From NCBI GenBank assembly GCA_020722705.1, contig DYKI01000002.1, positions 41,968 through 105,967 of the forward strand: 64,000 nucleotides of DNA. Direction: 5' to 3'. This document shows positions 38,766-51,175 of this stretch, in pieces (position 1 is the stretch's first letter; each line of letters opens with the position of its first letter). Under the pieces are notes generated by a model. The model was not told the origin of the DNA and made no database searches. It saw only the letters and a program-made list of their open reading frames with translations. The stretch is from Chthonomonas calidirosea (GTDB lineage Bacteria > Armatimonadota > Chthonomonadetes > Chthonomonadales > CAJBBX01). A program made the translations under genes and the position numbers.

Positions 38766-39566
38766 ATGGACCTCGGGAGTGGCGGAGTCGCGTCAACGCC
38801 TCAGGGCGACAGCGTGACCGGATGGCTCGCCGTCTGTGATACCCTGGACGCCAAGCTGTCGGCATTGCGCGCGAAACTGGATTGCCTGGCCGAGTGCGGA
38901 CTGCCCGGTTCCGTCTCGGTAAGTGTCCGTCACATTCCCGATGCCGACTGGCTTACGGAATGGCGCAAGTACCATCACGCGATGAACATAGGCCGCCGCC
39001 TGACTATCGTTCCGTCATGGGAGGCATTTAGCCCCTCCGATGGACGCCAGGTCGTTCTGCTCGATCCGGGGATGGCATTTGGCACCGGAAGCCATCCGAG
39101 CACCAGACTCTGTCTGGAAGCCCTCGAACAAGTCGTCGAGCCGGACATGGATGTCATTGACGTCGGTACCGGCTCGGGCATCCTCGCAATCGCTGCCGTC
39201 AGACTTGGGGCACGCCGTGTCCTGGCGTCGGAGATAGACGCACTGCCACGCAAGATCGCCGCCGAGAACGCTGCGCGCAATGGCGTCGCGGATCGAGTGG
39301 AGGTCATCACCCCCGAGGAGTTGGCTGAACGACGTCCAACAGCCGACGTGGTCGTGTGCAACATCATCGCCGAGACCATCGCGGAGCTTGCTCCTCTGCT
39401 GGCCGCCATGGTGCGTCCTGACGGAATGCTGATCACGTCCGGGATCGTCGAGGAGCGGCTGAGCGTCGCGGTGGACGCGCTCGAGCGCCATGCGCTCAGC
39501 ATCGTTGAAGTTCGATGTGATGACGTGTGGCGCGCAGTAATCGCATGCCATGCCCGGACGCCCTGA
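38766..39566 (+). CDS. prmA: Ribosomal protein L11 methyltransferase PrmA (first canonical start; the conserved N-terminus extends upstream to about 38697)
   Basis: VIDVGTGSGILAIAA and LDPGMAFGTGSHPST motifs. The in-frame upstream sequence TTWAEITVSVSPEASEAVAEAL aligns with the E. coli PrmA N-terminus (MPWIQLKL...AEDLSDAL), but no ATG, GTG or TTG precedes it. Confidence 0.8.
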   Translation: MDLGSGGVASTPQGDSVTGWLAVCDTLDAKLSALRAKLDCLAECGLPGSVSVSVRHIPDADWLTEWRKYHHAMNIGRRLTIVPSWEAFSPSDGRQVVLLDPGMAFGTGSHPSTRLCLEALEQVVEPDMDVIDVGTGSGILAIAAVRLGARRVLASEIDALPRKIAAENAARNGVADRVEVITPEELAERRPTADVVVCNIIAETIAELAPLLAAMVRPDGMLITSGIVEERLSVAVDALERHALSIVEVRCDDVWRAVIACHARTP

Positions 39567-40332
39567 CCAGGACGCATCCGCCCCCTGGCGTTGCCGGCAC
39601 CTCTTTCTCGACCAGGAGCTGCCCGACCTGGGCTGCGTCACCATCAGCGGCGAAGCCCGCCATCACCTGGCCAACGTTCTTCGCATGCGTGCCGGGCAGT
39701 GGCTCATTCTGCGCGGCGTCGAGGGCGAATCCCGTCTCGCCCGCATCGAAACCGTCGGCAGGGCGAACATCGCTGCTTCGATCATCAGAGCGTTGCCTTC
39801 GCCGGAGCCGCCGCCATGCCGCGTGACCGTCGCGCAGGCTCCTGGCAAAGGCAGCCGGTTCGAAGAGGTGCTTCAGCACAGCGTGGAGCTTGGCGCATCC
39901 GAGTTCGTGCCCTTGTTGTCAGCAAGGTCGGTGCCCGACTGGAAGAATGATGGGATCGAGGCCAAGATGCGGCGCTGGCGGGCCATCATTCGAGGGGCCG
40001 CGGAGCAGGCGAAGCGCGACAGGATCCCCACGATACTGCCGCCTGCCGAACCCGTTCCGGCAGCAGAGCGCCTCCGCGACGGATCGTCCCTCCTGCTGCT
40101 CTGCCAGTCCGGCGAACCCCTGCTGCAGGTCGTGCCCAACCGTGTAGCAAGCTATGCCCTGTTCGTTGGTCCGGAGGGCGGCTTCACCGAGGAAGAGGAG
40201 AGCGCCCTCGTCGCCCGAGGCGCGGTTCGCGTCAGCATAGGCCCATACGTTCTGCGAACGGAAACAGCGGCTCCGGCAGCGCTGGCAGCCCTCATGGCAC
40301 AGGCGGCGGCGCTCGGCACTCGGCGTCATTGA
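39550..40332 (+). CDS. rsmE: 16S rRNA (uracil1498-N3)-methyltransferase RsmE
   Basis: 260 aa. PUA-like N-terminus (RHLFL...[16 protein letters not shown]) and a SPOUT C-terminus ([11 protein letters not shown]). The dnaJ-prmA-rsmE synteny matches Bacillus. Confidence 0.8.
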   Translation: MPGRPDQDASAPWRCRHLFLDQELPDLGCVTISGEARHHLANVLRMRAGQWLILRGVEGESRLARIETVGRANIAASIIRALPSPEPPPCRVTVAQAPGKGSRFEEVLQHSVELGASEFVPLLSARSVPDWKNDGIEAKMRRWRAIIRGAAEQAKRDRIPTILPPAEPVPAAERLRDGSSLLLLCQSGEPLLQVVPNRVASYALFVGPEGGFTEEEESALVARGAVRVSIGPYVLRTETAAPAALAALMAQAAALGTRRH

Positions 40333-40386
40333 CCTGCGCACCATCGTGTGCTATCCTCTGCATACTCAGCGGAGGTCAAACCCCCG

Positions 40387-41784
40387 ATGTCGAGCCCTCT
40401 TGTGGCCGTCGTAGGCCGCCCAAACGTTGGCAAATCCACTCTCTTCAATCGTCTGACCGGCAAGCGGATCGCGATTGTTGAAGATACGCCGGGCATTACC
40501 CGTGATCGGCTCTACGCTCCCAGCGAGTGGTCGGGCCGCCGCTTCACGCTCATTGACACCGGCGGCATCATCCTCAACGAGAGTGACCCCATCGTCACCC
40601 AGGTGCGGAAGCAGGCCGAGATCGCCATGGAGGAAGCCGACGCGATCCTCTTCGTATGCGACACGCCGGAAGGGCTCCTCGATGCGGATCGCGATCTCGC
40701 CAACGCGCTGCGCCGGTCTCCAAGCCCCGTCTTCGTCGTGGCGAACAAAGTCGACTCACGACGGACCGATGCCGATGCGATGGAGTTCCACTCGCTGGGG
40801 CTTGGACCCGTCTACAGCGTGTCGGCCGTCCATGGACATGGGCTTGGTGACCTCCTGGACGATCTTGTCAAGGTCCTTCCCGTGCATAGCGATGACGGCG
40901 AGGACGACCAGACTGCGCGCGTGGCGCTGATCGGGCGACCCAACGTCGGCAAGTCGTCGCTGACCAATGCCATCCTCGGCGAGGACCGGGTGATCGTCAG
41001 TCCGGTACCCGGGACGACGAGGGACGCCATTGACACCGCGGTCGAGCGGGATGGGCAGAGCGTGCTGCTGATAGACACGGCGGGGATCAGGCGGGCGGGC
41101 AAGATACAGGGAAGCGTCGAATACTACACCTTCCTGCGAGCCAAGACCGCCATTGAGCGCTGCCATGTCGGCATTGTGGTTGTGGACGCTCAGGCGGGCC
41201 TGCTCGACGGAGACAAACGTGTGGCCGGCATGGCCAACGATGCGGGCCGTGCGTGCGTCGTGGCAGTCAACAAATGGGACCTCGTTGACCCGCATTCATC
41301 GTCTGGACGCCCGAACCCTGCCCTCATGCGCGAGTTCACCTCCGAAGTCCGCAAGCAGACGCCGTTTCTTGCCCACGCTCCTCTCGTGTTCTGCTCGGCT
41401 GTAACCGCTCTCGGGATATCCGATCTGCTGGACACCGCCATGTCGGCCGCAGCCAACCATGCTCATCGCATTCCGACCGGCGAGCTCAATCGGATACTCA
41501 GGGCTGCCGTGGACGCAAGACCGAGAACGGTCCATGGACGCCAACTGAAGGTCTACTACGCAACCATGCCTCGTGTTCAGCCGCCGACGGTCCTCCTGTT
41601 CGTCAACCATCCCGACCTGCTCCACTTTTCCTATGCTCGGTATCTTGAAAACCGGCTGCGCGAAGCGTATCCGCTTGAAGGCACTCCGATCGTAATCCGT
41701 GCACGCACAGCAGAGAGCGGACCGGAGCCGGGCGGCGCAACGTCAGCGAGTAAGACCGGGACACGCAAAAGCCGGAAGACATGA
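40387..41784 (+). CDS. der: Ribosome-associated GTPase Der (EngA)
   Basis: Two G domains ([12 protein letters not shown] and [12 protein letters not shown]) plus a KH-like C-terminus. ATG 40387 follows GGAGG. Confidence 0.95.
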   Translation: MSSPLVAVVGRPNVGKSTLFNRLTGKRIAIVEDTPGITRDRLYAPSEWSGRRFTLIDTGGIILNESDPIVTQVRKQAEIAMEEADAILFVCDTPEGLLDADRDLANALRRSPSPVFVVANKVDSRRTDADAMEFHSLGLGPVYSVSAVHGHGLGDLLDDLVKVLPVHSDDGEDDQTARVALIGRPNVGKSSLTNAILGEDRVIVSPVPGTTRDAIDTAVERDGQSVLLIDTAGIRRAGKIQGSVEYYTFLRAKTAIERCHVGIVVVDAQAGLLDGDKRVAGMANDAGRACVVAVNKWDLVDPHSSSGRPNPALMREFTSEVRKQTPFLAHAPLVFCSAVTALGISDLLDTAMSAAANHAHRIPTGELNRILRAAVDARPRTVHGRQLKVYYATMPRVQPPTVLLFVNHPDLLHFSYARYLENRLREAYPLEGTPIVIRARTAESGPEPGGATSASKTGTRKSRKT

Positions 41785-44700
41785 CCGGAGGACGCACTGC
41801 GGTTGAGCTCACAACCGATGAGCTGGCGGCAGTCGGCCTGACGGACACATCCCGCGCCCGCCGGCTTCTCATCGGGCTCGCCGGGCGTGGCGTAACCGAC
41901 GATGACGTCGCTCAGTTGCTCCCTCACATCCTCGATGCCCTGGCAGGATCGCCCGATCCCGATCGCGCACTGCTGAACTTCGTACGCTGGAGCGACGCCA
42001 TCGGAAACAGGCCCACGCACTTCCGGTATCTGATCGGACATCCGACTGCCCTGACGATCCACATGAACGTCTGCGGTGTCAGTCAGTACTTCTCGGACAT
42101 ACTCGCGCGTAACCCCGAGTACTTCGAGATCATGGCGAACCCCGGAGTCCGATCAGGGTCACGCCCGGCCGACGTGATGTACCGTGAGCTGTCAGCTCTG
42201 GTGGACTGCATCGCGCAGCCCGAGCTGAAGCTGGAGGCCATGCGCCGCTTCCGGCATCGCGAGATGCTTCGCATCGGCGTCCGCGACATCATGGGCATTA
42301 CCGACATGCCGACAACCGCCCGTGAGTTCTCCAATCTCGCTGATGCATGCATTCAGAAGTGCTTCTCGCTGGCGAGCGAGCATGCCCGGGGCCGACTCGC
42401 CGGATCGGATCACAGCACAACCGAGCGCGTCCGGTTCGCGGTCATTGCACTGGGCAAGCTCGGCGGCTCGGAGTTGAACTACTCCAGCGACATTGACCTC
42501 ATCTTCGTATGCGAGCCGATGCCACACACCGATGAGGACAGCGCATTGAGCATCGCCATGGCAATGGCTGAGGCCATTGTCAACTATCTGAGCCGCGACA
42601 TGCAGAACGGCCACCTGTTCCGCGTGGACATGCGACTGAGGCCCGAAGGCAGGTTCGGCGCCCTTGTACGCACCCTGTCGTCATACCGAAGCTACTACGA
42701 GAACTGGGCCGAGACCTGGGAGCGCCAGGCCATGATCAAGGCGCGACCGGTGGCGGGCGACGCTCAGCTTGGCCAGGAGTTTCTGCGCATCGTTGCCCCC
42801 CACGCCTTTCCGCGCCGCATGTCACGCCAGGTCGTTGATGATATCCGGGAGAACAAGCGCCGGATCGAGCGCGTTCAGAGGGCCGCGTCGGGACCGATGG
42901 ACGTCAAGCTGGGACCGGGCGGCATCCGCGATATCGAGTTCACCGTCCAGTTGCTGCAGATGGAGCGGGGTGCGCTCGACCCTCTGATACGAACGCCAAA
43001 CACCCTGCAAGCCATTGCCCGGCTGCGGCAAGCACGTGCGCTCAGCGCTGCCGATGCACGGCACCTGACCGACGCCTACGTGTTCCTGCGCAACGTGGAG
43101 CACCGCTTGCAGTTGCTCTACGACCATCAGACGCAAAAGCTGCCCGGTCGCGACAGGGACATGAACCTCCTTGCCCGGAGGCTCGGGCTGGCCGACGCCG
43201 ACGAGTTTCAGCGCATGTTCGACGGCCACGTCTCCCGCGTGCGCGAGATCCACCTCCGGCTGTTCTGGCGGGGCGAGGACCCGATGGACCGGCCCCTTCC
43301 CGCCGCTCCGATCGAGGCGTCTCCAGCGCCGGATCGAGCTGCCGAGATATCGCCGTTCTACAGCGAGGACTTCCTGGCTGAACTGACGGCTCTGAACGAT
43401 CCCGCCCTCGATACGCGCCTCGAAGATCGGCTGCGCGCTGAGGGCTTCCGCGAACCCTCCGGGGCGATTGCCGTTCTGCGCTCCGCCCTGTATGGCACCT
43501 CGTACGGTCGCGAAGCGCCCGAAGCGGAGACGTCCTTCCTGCGTCTCGCCCCGGCGCTGCTTGAGGCGTCTTCCCGAGTGGGCGACCCGGACGCCGCCCT
43601 TCGGGGGGTTGACCTCGTGAGCCAGACCAGTCCGAACCGCGCCGAATGGTACCAGGCTCTCAGCTCCGGACCCGATGTGCTGCACAGGCTGGTGCGGCTG
43701 GCATCGGGAAGCCGATCGCTCATCCAGCGTCTCGCGCGGAGTCCCGAGTGGCTCGACCTGCTCTTGAGTGAGGAGATGCTTGACCCCGCGCCAAAACTGC
43801 GCGAGGTTGCGGAGCACGAGCTGGCCGAACGGATTCCGCGCGCAGCCAATGAGACCGAACTCGAGGACGCGCGATTCTGGGATGCGGTGGCCAGGTACGC
43901 CCATCGCGAGCGGCTTCGCATCGGCGCCCGCGACATATGGGGAGAAGCGTCTCCGGCCACGATTGCCGTCGAGCTGACCTCGCTGGCCGAGGTCCTGGTC
44001 GGCATCATCCTCCAACGATGCTGCAACGTGGCGGCACGATCGGCCGGACTCGATGCCTCGGTTGTCGAGGGCAGCATTGCCGTCGTTGGGCTCGGCAAGC
44101 TTGGAGGCCGAGAGTTGTCCTACGGATCCGATCTCGACATCGCCTTCGTGTGTGATGATGATATCTTCGGCGATGGAGAGAGGCCCGGTACCCGGTCTGC
44201 GGGATACGCGTTGATGGACGAGATCGCCGAGATGATCCTTAGCTGCGCGAGGCTGCTTCACGCCCGCAGCATCCCCTTCGTCCTGGATGCCCGCCTAAGG
44301 CCCGGCGGACGGTTCGGCCCGCTGGTGCAGTCCGTCTCCCAGTTTCGCTCGTACTATGCCGAGAGCGCCGATACCTGGGAGCGGCAGGCACTCGTGAAGG
44401 CACGGCCCATTGCAGGATCGGCCGCCGTCGGCAGCAAATACATGGACGTTGCACGCGAAGCGACATACGGACAGCCCCTTTCGCCCGAGTCCATCGAGGA
44501 AATCCGAGCGATGAAGCTGCGCATCGAAAACGAGCGTCTTCCTGCACATGAACGCCATACCAACCTGAAGCTCGGCTTCGGGGGATTGAGCGACATTGAG
44601 TTCACGGCGCAGCTCTGGCAGATGCGATGCGGACACGAGCACGCATCCGTACGCATCCCGGGCACCGTTGACGCACTCAACGCCGTTGCGGCGACAGGCG

Positions 44701-44984
44701 CCGTGCCGATGCCGGATGCTGCACGCTTGATGGACACATACACGATGCTGTCACGCGTGCGCAACAGGCTGTCGCTGCTGACCGGACAACCCATGGATGT
44801 GTTCCCCAAAGACGAGCGCCGCGCGCGAGCGCTGGCCATCGAGCTTGGGGCCACCGACGGTCCCGGCGGGTCTGCTGAGGCGGCCCTTCGCGCGACCATA
44901 CGGGACCGAATGGCCGAGACGCGACGCATCGTCGAGCGTCTGTTCTATGGAACGGACAAAGCCGCAGGCCGTGCGCACGAGTGA
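41781..44984 (+). CDS. glnE: Bifunctional glutamine synthetase adenylyltransferase/adenylyl-removing enzyme
   Basis: 1067 aa. Duplicated nucleotidyltransferase modules ([19 protein letters not shown] and [19 protein letters not shown]). ATGA overlap with der. Confidence 0.9.
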   Translation: MTGGRTAVELTTDELAAVGLTDTSRARRLLIGLAGRGVTDDDVAQLLPHILDALAGSPDPDRALLNFVRWSDAIGNRPTHFRYLIGHPTALTIHMNVCGVSQYFSDILARNPEYFEIMANPGVRSGSRPADVMYRELSALVDCIAQPELKLEAMRRFRHREMLRIGVRDIMGITDMPTTAREFSNLADACIQKCFSLASEHARGRLAGSDHSTTERVRFAVIALGKLGGSELNYSSDIDLIFVCEPMPHTDEDSALSIAMAMAEAIVNYLSRDMQNGHLFRVDMRLRPEGRFGALVRTLSSYRSYYENWAETWERQAMIKARPVAGDAQLGQEFLRIVAPHAFPRRMSRQVVDDIRENKRRIERVQRAASGPMDVKLGPGGIRDIEFTVQLLQMERGALDPLIRTPNTLQAIARLRQARALSAADARHLTDAYVFLRNVEHRLQLLYDHQTQKLPGRDRDMNLLARRLGLADADEFQRMFDGHVSRVREIHLRLFWRGEDPMDRPLPAAPIEASPAPDRAAEISPFYSEDFLAELTALNDPALDTRLEDRLRAEGFREPSGAIAVLRSALYGTSYGREAPEAETSFLRLAPALLEASSRVGDPDAALRGVDLVSQTSPNRAEWYQALSSGPDVLHRLVRLASGSRSLIQRLARSPEWLDLLLSEEMLDPAPKLREVAEHELAERIPRAANETELEDARFWDAVARYAHRERLRIGARDIWGEASPATIAVELTSLAEVLVGIILQRCCNVAARSAGLDASVVEGSIAVVGLGKLGGRELSYGSDLDIAFVCDDDIFGDGERPGTRSAGYALMDEIAEMILSCARLLHARSIPFVLDARLRPGGRFGPLVQSVSQFRSYYAESADTWERQALVKARPIAGSAAVGSKYMDVAREATYGQPLSPESIEEIRAMKLRIENERLPAHERHTNLKLGFGGLSDIEFTAQLWQMRCGHEHASVRIPGTVDALNAVAATGAVPMPDAARLMDTYTMLSRVRNRLSLLTGQPMDVFPKDERRARALAIELGATDGPGGSAEAALRATIRDRMAETRRIVERLFYGTDKAAGRAHE

Positions 44985-45020
44985 CGAAAGGGACGTAAAG
45001 GAGTCACCTGGCACAGGGAT

Positions 45021-45647
45021 ATGACCGACACAGTAAGCGGCTGGCTCTCCATCGCCGGGGCATACGTCCTTGGCGGCATTCCGTTCGGGCTCCTGGTGGC
45101 TCGGTGGATCGCCGGCATTGATGTGCGTCAACACGGCAGCGGCAACATCGGGGCGACCAACGTATACCGAGTGGTCGGCTGGCGAGCAGGCATCATTGTC
45201 TGGCTTCTCGACGTCGGCAAAGGATGGGTCCCGGTGACGGTCGCACACTCGGCTGCTCTGAAGCCCGAGTGGCAGATTGCCGCCGGACTGGCTGCGGTGA
45301 TCGGCCACAGCTTCTCTCCGTTCCTCGGGTTCAGAGGAGGCAAGGGCGCAGCGACCAGCCTGGGCGTGATGCTGGGCGTGATGTGGCCCGTTGGCGCCAT
45401 CGCCTTCCTGCTCTGGGCCGTCACGATTGCGCTGTCGGGCTTCGTGTCGCTTGGCACGATCGTCGGAGCGCTGTCGCTGACGCCGTCAACGCTCGTCCTG
45501 TACCCGGGCGATCGCGCCAGATTGGTGTTCGCCGTCGGCGCTGCCATGCTCACGATAGCCAGACACCGGAGCAACATACGAAGGCTGCTCAACGGCACGG
45601 AGAGCCGTTTCCGGCGCGGCGGAGCCAAGAGTGAACATGAGACTTAG
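45021..45647 (+). CDS. plsY: Glycerol-3-phosphate acyltransferase PlsY
   Basis: 208 aa. Polytopic membrane protein with GSGNIGATNV and FRGGKG motifs. Confidence 0.9.
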   Translation: MTDTVSGWLSIAGAYVLGGIPFGLLVARWIAGIDVRQHGSGNIGATNVYRVVGWRAGIIVWLLDVGKGWVPVTVAHSAALKPEWQIAAGLAAVIGHSFSPFLGFRGGKGAATSLGVMLGVMWPVGAIAFLLWAVTIALSGFVSLGTIVGALSLTPSTLVLYPGDRARLVFAVGAAMLTIARHRSNIRRLLNGTESRFRRGGAKSEHET

Positions 45648-48600
45648 CCATCGGATGGAACGGCACACGCTGCGCGCGCTGATGGCGGTCTCGACTTCGT
45701 TCCTCGCCGCGCTCCTCTGGCTTGCCGTTCGCGGCGCGCCGCAAGCTCCGCTCGTGAGCCCGGCCACGCCAACCGTGATCACGTTCGAGCCGCACCAAGC
45801 TCGTCATGTCCGGCTGGTCCTTCTCAAGACCTCCACGTCGGAGCCCTGCATTGATGAGCTTGAGGTCTACTCGGCCGATCACGAACGGAATCTGGCATTG
45901 GCGCAAAACGGATCCGTGGCTTCGGCTTCCTCATGCATCTCGGGTTACGCCAGTCATCGCATCGCCCACCTCAATGACGGCCAGTATGGAAACGCACGGA
46001 GTTGGATTGCGGCAACCGCCAACGCCGGCGAGTGGGCGCAGATCACGTTGCCGGACGCGGTCTCGATCGAACGCGTGGTCTTTTCGCGCGACCGCAAGGG
46101 ACAGTTTGCCGACCGTGTTCCTCTCTGGCTCGACGTGCTCACCTCGCTCGACGGCACATCGTGGCGAACCGTCGCCGAGTTCAGGGGCGAGCCTGCGCCG
46201 TCGGGTGCCAGTGCAACAGGACGATCCATTGCCTTCCGACAGGAGCACGCTCGTCACGTGCGGCTTTCCGTTCTTGGCACCGATGATGCCACGCCGCCCG
46301 CCCTCTCTGGCATTCGCGTCTACGGGGTGGAACCCGGCCTCGATCTGGCTTCTCCTTCAGCCGGCGGGCGTGTGACGACATCGTCAGGCCGCGACGGAGC
46401 CGCAAGGCTGAATGACGACGACCCGGCAACCTTCTGGAATGCAGCCGAACCGGCTCAGCAATGGGTGTCGGTGTCGCTGAGCGACCGGCTCGAGGTGAAC
46501 CGGATCGAGTTCGACAGGGCACCGGCGAGACCGATGCGGGGATTTCCGGCCGTGTTCACCATTGACATATCCCTGGACGGTCGCAGATGGAAGACCGTCG
46601 CTCGCGAGGGCTGGCCGGCGCTTCCGCCTCCTCCCCCCGCAGCGCCCATCTCACAGCATGCAGTGGATGGCAACCGAGCGCCGCGCGAGGACGAACTCGG
46701 CTGCGCGAACCTGTCCTTGGAGACTGGCACCAGGGTATCGGCATCGGGCGTGATCCCCGGCATGCCGGATACCCACGCCATCGCCCACCTCACCGACGGA
46801 CGCTATGGCAACGGTCGCTCCTGGATAGCGGATTCCATGCCGGCATGGGTGCAGCTCGATTTCCACGAAGCGCGGTGGGTCTATCGTGTCGCGTTCGGCA
46901 GCGACCGAACAGGCGGTTTCCGAGATCGCGTACCGACACGATGGCGCATCATGGCCGAAGATCGCAGTCGAGGAGACGATCACGCCGACCGGTGGCGATT
47001 GGTTGCCGTCGGGGGATCTCCGCACGATGCCGCGGTCCGGGCCGAGCACGTATTCCGGCCCATCCTGACAAAGCGCCTCAGGGTTGAAATCAGCGCCTCT
47101 CACGATGGAGTGTGCCGCCTTGATGAGCTCGAGGTGTATGGCTCCCCGTCGCCGATCCCGATCTCCCGGATAGGTCGTTTCTCCGAGTGGCCCACCAGCC
47201 GGAGCGGTTACGAAGACACCCTCCATGAAGCATTTGTGGCTGAGGAGGTCGCATGGCTCAAGACCTTCGGTCGTGCCGATCTTGATCCCGGCCTCACCGA
47301 GTATGTGCGAGTCTGGCAGTTTCCCGAGCACGCCGGTGACGATCACCTGCCGTTGCCGACTGTGCCCACAGGAGCCAAGCTCGACGGCATCCTCGACGAC
47401 CCCTGTTGGCGGCAATCGAGCCGAGGCGTCGTGCGAGTCGCCGCTCCGGCAGGCATCCGACAGAGCCCGCTGGCGACGCAGAGTGTCAGCGCCTGTGTCT
47501 CCGGAGACTCGCTCTACCTGGCCCTGGAAACTGATCGTCCTCTGAGCGCGCACCTCGCCGTCGTCTCCGCCGGCGATTGGTCCGACACGTCGGTCATCAC
47601 TGCGCGCCGAGATGGACTCCATCTCGTTCGCTATCGGCCGGGACCGACAGGGAGCCTCGCCGTGGCCCGTGACATACGTATCGAGGCCGGCGGCACGAAT
47701 GATGCCCGTGTGACCGAGCTGCGCATACCCCTGGCGGAGTTCCAGCGGGCTGCGATCTATGGGCTTCGGATCGGCATGGGTCTCGGCGGTCGCCATACGT
47801 CGTACCTCGGACGGCCGGTCACGTTCCGACCGTCGCAACTGGGCGTCGCCGAAGTTCCATCAGGCGATCGGCGCGCATTCGCCATCCGCCTGGCGGCCGG
47901 GAGCGTCGAGACGACCGTCCGAGTGCGCGCGGTCGGGACCGAGGAGCAGGATGTCCACCTGCATCCGGGAGAGACACGCACGATGGCCGTCGCGGCTCGC
48001 GTGGGTCCGATCGGTCCGGAACAGGATGTGGACGTTGACAACGGATGCGGCACGCAATGGCGTCTCCACCTGTTCAAGTACGATCCGCTCCACCGCACGC
48101 TGTCGCTCACGGCGCCAATGCTGGACCGCCTGGCGGCAGACGGAGTGGACGTCCATCAGGAGCGCCGCCAATACCGCGAGACACTCCGCAGGGCATCGTT
48201 GCTGGACGCAGATGACCCCAGGCGTCGAGAGCTGTACCTTGAGGCACGCATGGCCAAGCGTCGCCTGCTGATGCGCGCCCCTGCCCTTGCCAGGGCAAGG
48301 CGCATCCTGTGCGTCCGACGGCATCCGTTCATGCCGAGCCATAACTACAGCGACCTGTTCGACCCGACAGGCGGGACCGGCGGGAGCGTCTCCATTGTCA
48401 ACATGCCTTACGACCGCCGGGGGCTGCATCCCGACAAGGCCGACGCCGACACGCTGTTCGATGCGGGGAAAGGCATTGCCCGTGACGCTGCGGCGTCGTA
48501 CGACCTGAAGACGGTGTACTTCTCATGGAAGGACGCCCGGGACGGCTACTATCGTCTCATGAGGATCAGCCCCGAAGGCAAGGGACTCCGCACGCTCACC

Positions 48601-50193
48601 TCGGGCCCATTTCACGACGTCTATCCCACACCGCTGCCCGATGGCGGCCTGGCCTTCATCAGCACGAGATGCCGCGCGCGCTACCTGTGTTGGCGTCCAC
48701 AGGCCTACGTGCTCTTTCGGCTTGACGGCACGGAAATCCAGCCCCTCTCGTACGCCAACCTGAGCGAATGGGCTCCCAGCATCATGCGCGACGGCCGCAT
48801 CCTCTGGACCCGATCCGAGTACCAGGACAAAGGGGCCGACTTCAGCCACACACTCTGGTCCGTGCGGCCTGACGGCACTCACGCCGATCTCGTCTACGGC
48901 AATACCCTCATCCAGCCGAACGGGTACACGGGCGCACATCAACTACCCGGCACCAACGAGATCATCTGCACACTGATATCGCACTTCGGCGACCTGAATG
49001 GGCCGATCGTCCTGATTGACCCGACGCGGGGCAAGTTCGATCCGCTGGCCATGCGGAGCCTCACACCCGAGGTGCCCTGGCCCGGCGCGCCCCCCGCGGA
49101 GGAGTGCTTCCGCGATCCGGTACCGCTCTCTCGCGACTGCTTCCTCTGCTCACACGCGATCGGACGGAAGTTCGATGCCTATGTTCTGGATCGGTTCGGC
49201 AATCGCGAAATGCTCTACGCGGACCCGGATATATCCATCATGTGCCCGACGCCGTTCGTTCGAAGATGGGTGCCGCCCGTTTTGCCCCGCATCGCTGCAC
49301 CGAAGCCCGTTGCTCCCGGGCCGGCCGACGGCGAGTTCGTCTTAACGGATGTATATGCCGGGCTGGGTCCCCGAGTGCACCGCGGATCGGTCAAGTGGAT
49401 TCGCATCAGCCAGGAGGTTCGAGCCGACCTGGAGCGGGTGTCGGGCGGATACAGGTCAGATCATCCTGACTTCATGGACTGGTATGCGACGCCGATCCAC
49501 CTCGTCAACGGTCCGTTCGGATGGCCGAGCTTTGTCGCCAAGACCTCGTGGGGGCTGGTCCCGGTAGCACCCGACGGTTCCGCTCGGTTCACGGCGCCAT
49601 CCGGTAAGGTGCTCTACTTCTCCGCTCTGGATGCGGACTTCAACGAGGTCCAGCGCATGCGCAGCGTGGTCCAGCTTGCCCCCGGCGAGAGACGCTCGTG
49701 CATCGGCTGCCACGAATCCCGCCGCCAGGCGCCTCCAGTCGGCGTACGCCCCCGATTGACGGCTCCCGCGAAGATCGTTCGGCATCCGTGGGACGGCCGC
49801 CCGTTCGCATTCGAGCGAGATGTGCAGCCGGTCCTGAATCGGAACTGCGTCAAATGCCACGACGGCGCGCATCGGTCCGGAGTTGACCTTCGCGGCGAGC
49901 GCGATCCCGACCTGGTCCCCATGTCGTACCGCACCCTGATCGGCCAGGGTCTTGTACATTACTTCGACTGGAGCTACAATCCGGGCGGCAACGAAAAGGC
50001 CGAACCGCTTACCTTCGGAAGCCGCCGAAGCAAGCTCGTGGCCTTGATCCGCTCAGGCCACTATGGGGTGCGCCTGAGCGAGGCGGAGGAGCTGCGCATC
50101 AAGACCTGGATTGACCTTAACTGTCCGCTCTGGCCGGACTACGTGCATCGTCCGGATCGAGCGGTTGCAAGACCGACAACCGGACGCGAATGA
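45631..50193 (+). CDS. Giant secreted multidomain protein: repeated F5/8-type-C (discoidin)-like modules, beta-propeller-like region, and a C-terminal region with two CxxCH motifs (PSCyt/HzsA-middle-like)
   Basis: 1520 aa. Signal-like N-terminus. Recurring ...HVRL...ELEVYG and [13 protein letters not shown] segments. CIGCH at 49699-49713 and NCVKCH at 49846-49860. GTG 45631 or ATG 37. Confidence 0.6.
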   Translation: MNMRLSHRMERHTLRALMAVSTSFLAALLWLAVRGAPQAPLVSPATPTVITFEPHQARHVRLVLLKTSTSEPCIDELEVYSADHERNLALAQNGSVASASSCISGYASHRIAHLNDGQYGNARSWIAATANAGEWAQITLPDAVSIERVVFSRDRKGQFADRVPLWLDVLTSLDGTSWRTVAEFRGEPAPSGASATGRSIAFRQEHARHVRLSVLGTDDATPPALSGIRVYGVEPGLDLASPSAGGRVTTSSGRDGAARLNDDDPATFWNAAEPAQQWVSVSLSDRLEVNRIEFDRAPARPMRGFPAVFTIDISLDGRRWKTVAREGWPALPPPPPAAPISQHAVDGNRAPREDELGCANLSLETGTRVSASGVIPGMPDTHAIAHLTDGRYGNGRSWIADSMPAWVQLDFHEARWVYRVAFGSDRTGGFRDRVPTRWRIMAEDRSRGDDHADRWRLVAVGGSPHDAAVRAEHVFRPILTKRLRVEISASHDGVCRLDELEVYGSPSPIPISRIGRFSEWPTSRSGYEDTLHEAFVAEEVAWLKTFGRADLDPGLTEYVRVWQFPEHAGDDHLPLPTVPTGAKLDGILDDPCWRQSSRGVVRVAAPAGIRQSPLATQSVSACVSGDSLYLALETDRPLSAHLAVVSAGDWSDTSVITARRDGLHLVRYRPGPTGSLAVARDIRIEAGGTNDARVTELRIPLAEFQRAAIYGLRIGMGLGGRHTSYLGRPVTFRPSQLGVAEVPSGDRRAFAIRLAAGSVETTVRVRAVGTEEQDVHLHPGETRTMAVAARVGPIGPEQDVDVDNGCGTQWRLHLFKYDPLHRTLSLTAPMLDRLAADGVDVHQERRQYRETLRRASLLDADDPRRRELYLEARMAKRRLLMRAPALARARRILCVRRHPFMPSHNYSDLFDPTGGTGGSVSIVNMPYDRRGLHPDKADADTLFDAGKGIARDAAASYDLKTVYFSWKDARDGYYRLMRISPEGKGLRTLTSGPFHDVYPTPLPDGGLAFISTRCRARYLCWRPQAYVLFRLDGTEIQPLSYANLSEWAPSIMRDGRILWTRSEYQDKGADFSHTLWSVRPDGTHADLVYGNTLIQPNGYTGAHQLPGTNEIICTLISHFGDLNGPIVLIDPTRGKFDPLAMRSLTPEVPWPGAPPAEECFRDPVPLSRDCFLCSHAIGRKFDAYVLDRFGNREMLYADPDISIMCPTPFVRRWVPPVLPRIAAPKPVAPGPADGEFVLTDVYAGLGPRVHRGSVKWIRISQEVRADLERVSGGYRSDHPDFMDWYATPIHLVNGPFGWPSFVAKTSWGLVPVAPDGSARFTAPSGKVLYFSALDADFNEVQRMRSVVQLAPGERRSCIGCHESRRQAPPVGVRPRLTAPAKIVRHPWDGRPFAFERDVQPVLNRNCVKCHDGAHRSGVDLRGERDPDLVPMSYRTLIGQGLVHYFDWSYNPGGNEKAEPLTFGSRRSKLVALIRSGHYGVRLSEAEELRIKTWIDLNCPLWPDYVHRPDRAVARPTTGRE

Positions 50194-50242
50194 CTATCGG
50201 CCGCATGGCGACACGATCGCCTGCCGCCACATGGAGAAGTTC

Positions 50243-51013
50243 ATGACTCAGACGTTTCGCACGAGGGGCTTCACGCTCATTGAGCTCCTGGTGGTGATTG
50301 CCATCATCGCCATCCTTGCCGCAATACTCTTCCCCGTGTTCGCGCAGGCAAGGGAGAAGGCGCGAAGCTCGGCTTGCCTATCCAACGCCAAACAGCTTGC
50401 GCTTGCCACCTTGATGTATGTACAGGACTACGACGAGCTGTTTCCCCAGAGCGTCTACAGCATGGACACACCGATCCTCTTGCCCGGTACCAACGCGCGG
50501 GTCTTCACCGTGTATGACGCCGTCATGCCCTACATGAAGAACATAGACATCTTCGTCTGCCCGTCGAATCGGCCCGGAACGGACTTCGCGGCCATACTCG
50601 GGCCTATGGGACTCCGGACAAGCGGCGTTTTCCGATTCGCTTCCTACGGGATCAACTTCGCGGTGTTTCAAGACCCGTCGCTGCCGCCCGGCCTCTTCGC
50701 TGAGGACCCGGTTACGCCACTGGCCGCAATCGGTGAACCGGTCAACACCACGCTGTTCTTCGATTCGAAGTACACCCCATTCGGCGGAACCCCGGCCTAT
50801 CCCGAATGCGCACCGCCGACCGACGGCTTCGGATGGACCAACATGTCCGGTGATGCACGGCACAGCGAGGGGATCAACGTCAACTTCGCCGACGGCCACA
50901 GCAAGCACACTCCGCGCCGCGGCAGCATACCCGGAGTCTCCACGGGAGGCGTTCCGACCTACACGCTTCCGTGCGACCTATCGGGCATTCCCGGCGGAAC
51001 TCCGGATACGTAA
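50243..51013 (+). CDS. Prepilin-type N-terminal cleavage/methylation domain protein, H-X9-DG (DUF1559) family, paralog 1
   Basis: 256 aa. [25 protein letters not shown] pseudopilin leader and a C-terminal [13 protein letters not shown] (H-X9-DG). GGAGAA RBS before ATG 50243. Confidence 0.85.
   Translation: MTQTFRTRGFTLIELLVVIAIIAILAAILFPVFAQAREKARSSACLSNAKQLALATLMYVQDYDELFPQSVYSMDTPILLPGTNARVFTVYDAVMPYMKNIDIFVCPSNRPGTDFAAILGPMGLRTSGVFRFASYGINFAVFQDPSLPPGLFAEDPVTPLAAIGEPVNTTLFFDSKYTPFGGTPAYPECAPPTDGFGWTNMSGDARHSEGINVNFADGHSKHTPRRGSIPGVSTGGVPTYTLPCDLSGIPGGTPDT
50384..50468 (+). repeat. 85-nt tract 100% identical to 51317-51401 in the neighbouring paralog
   Basis: Compared directly base by base. 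The flanking N-terminal coding sequence differs at many synonymous sites. Confidence 0.9.
50874..51003 (+). repeat. 130-nt tract 100% identical to 51807-51936 in the neighbouring paralog
   Basis: Compared directly base by base. It has the same 933-nt offset as the first tract. Confidence 0.9.
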
Positions 51014-51175
51014 CAACCATGCCGAGGCGGCTCCAGTTCCGGCAATCGCCCGGGCTGGTCACCCCATGGCCGCTATGAGCTAACACCGCGTTAATCTGCC
51101 GGTGGTATCGTAGGAAGGTGCAAACACCGGCGCGCGCTGCCGCGCTATACGCCACCTTACACACAGGAGATTACG

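Noticed and set aside
49699-49860. The two CxxCH motifs and hydrazine-synthase-like similarity as evidence of anammox or respiratory cytochrome function.
   Set aside because: No other anammox genes (hzsB/C, hdh) or cytochrome maturation genes are in the window. This domain type is widespread in non-anammox PVC-like genomes, so only a possible heme site can be claimed.
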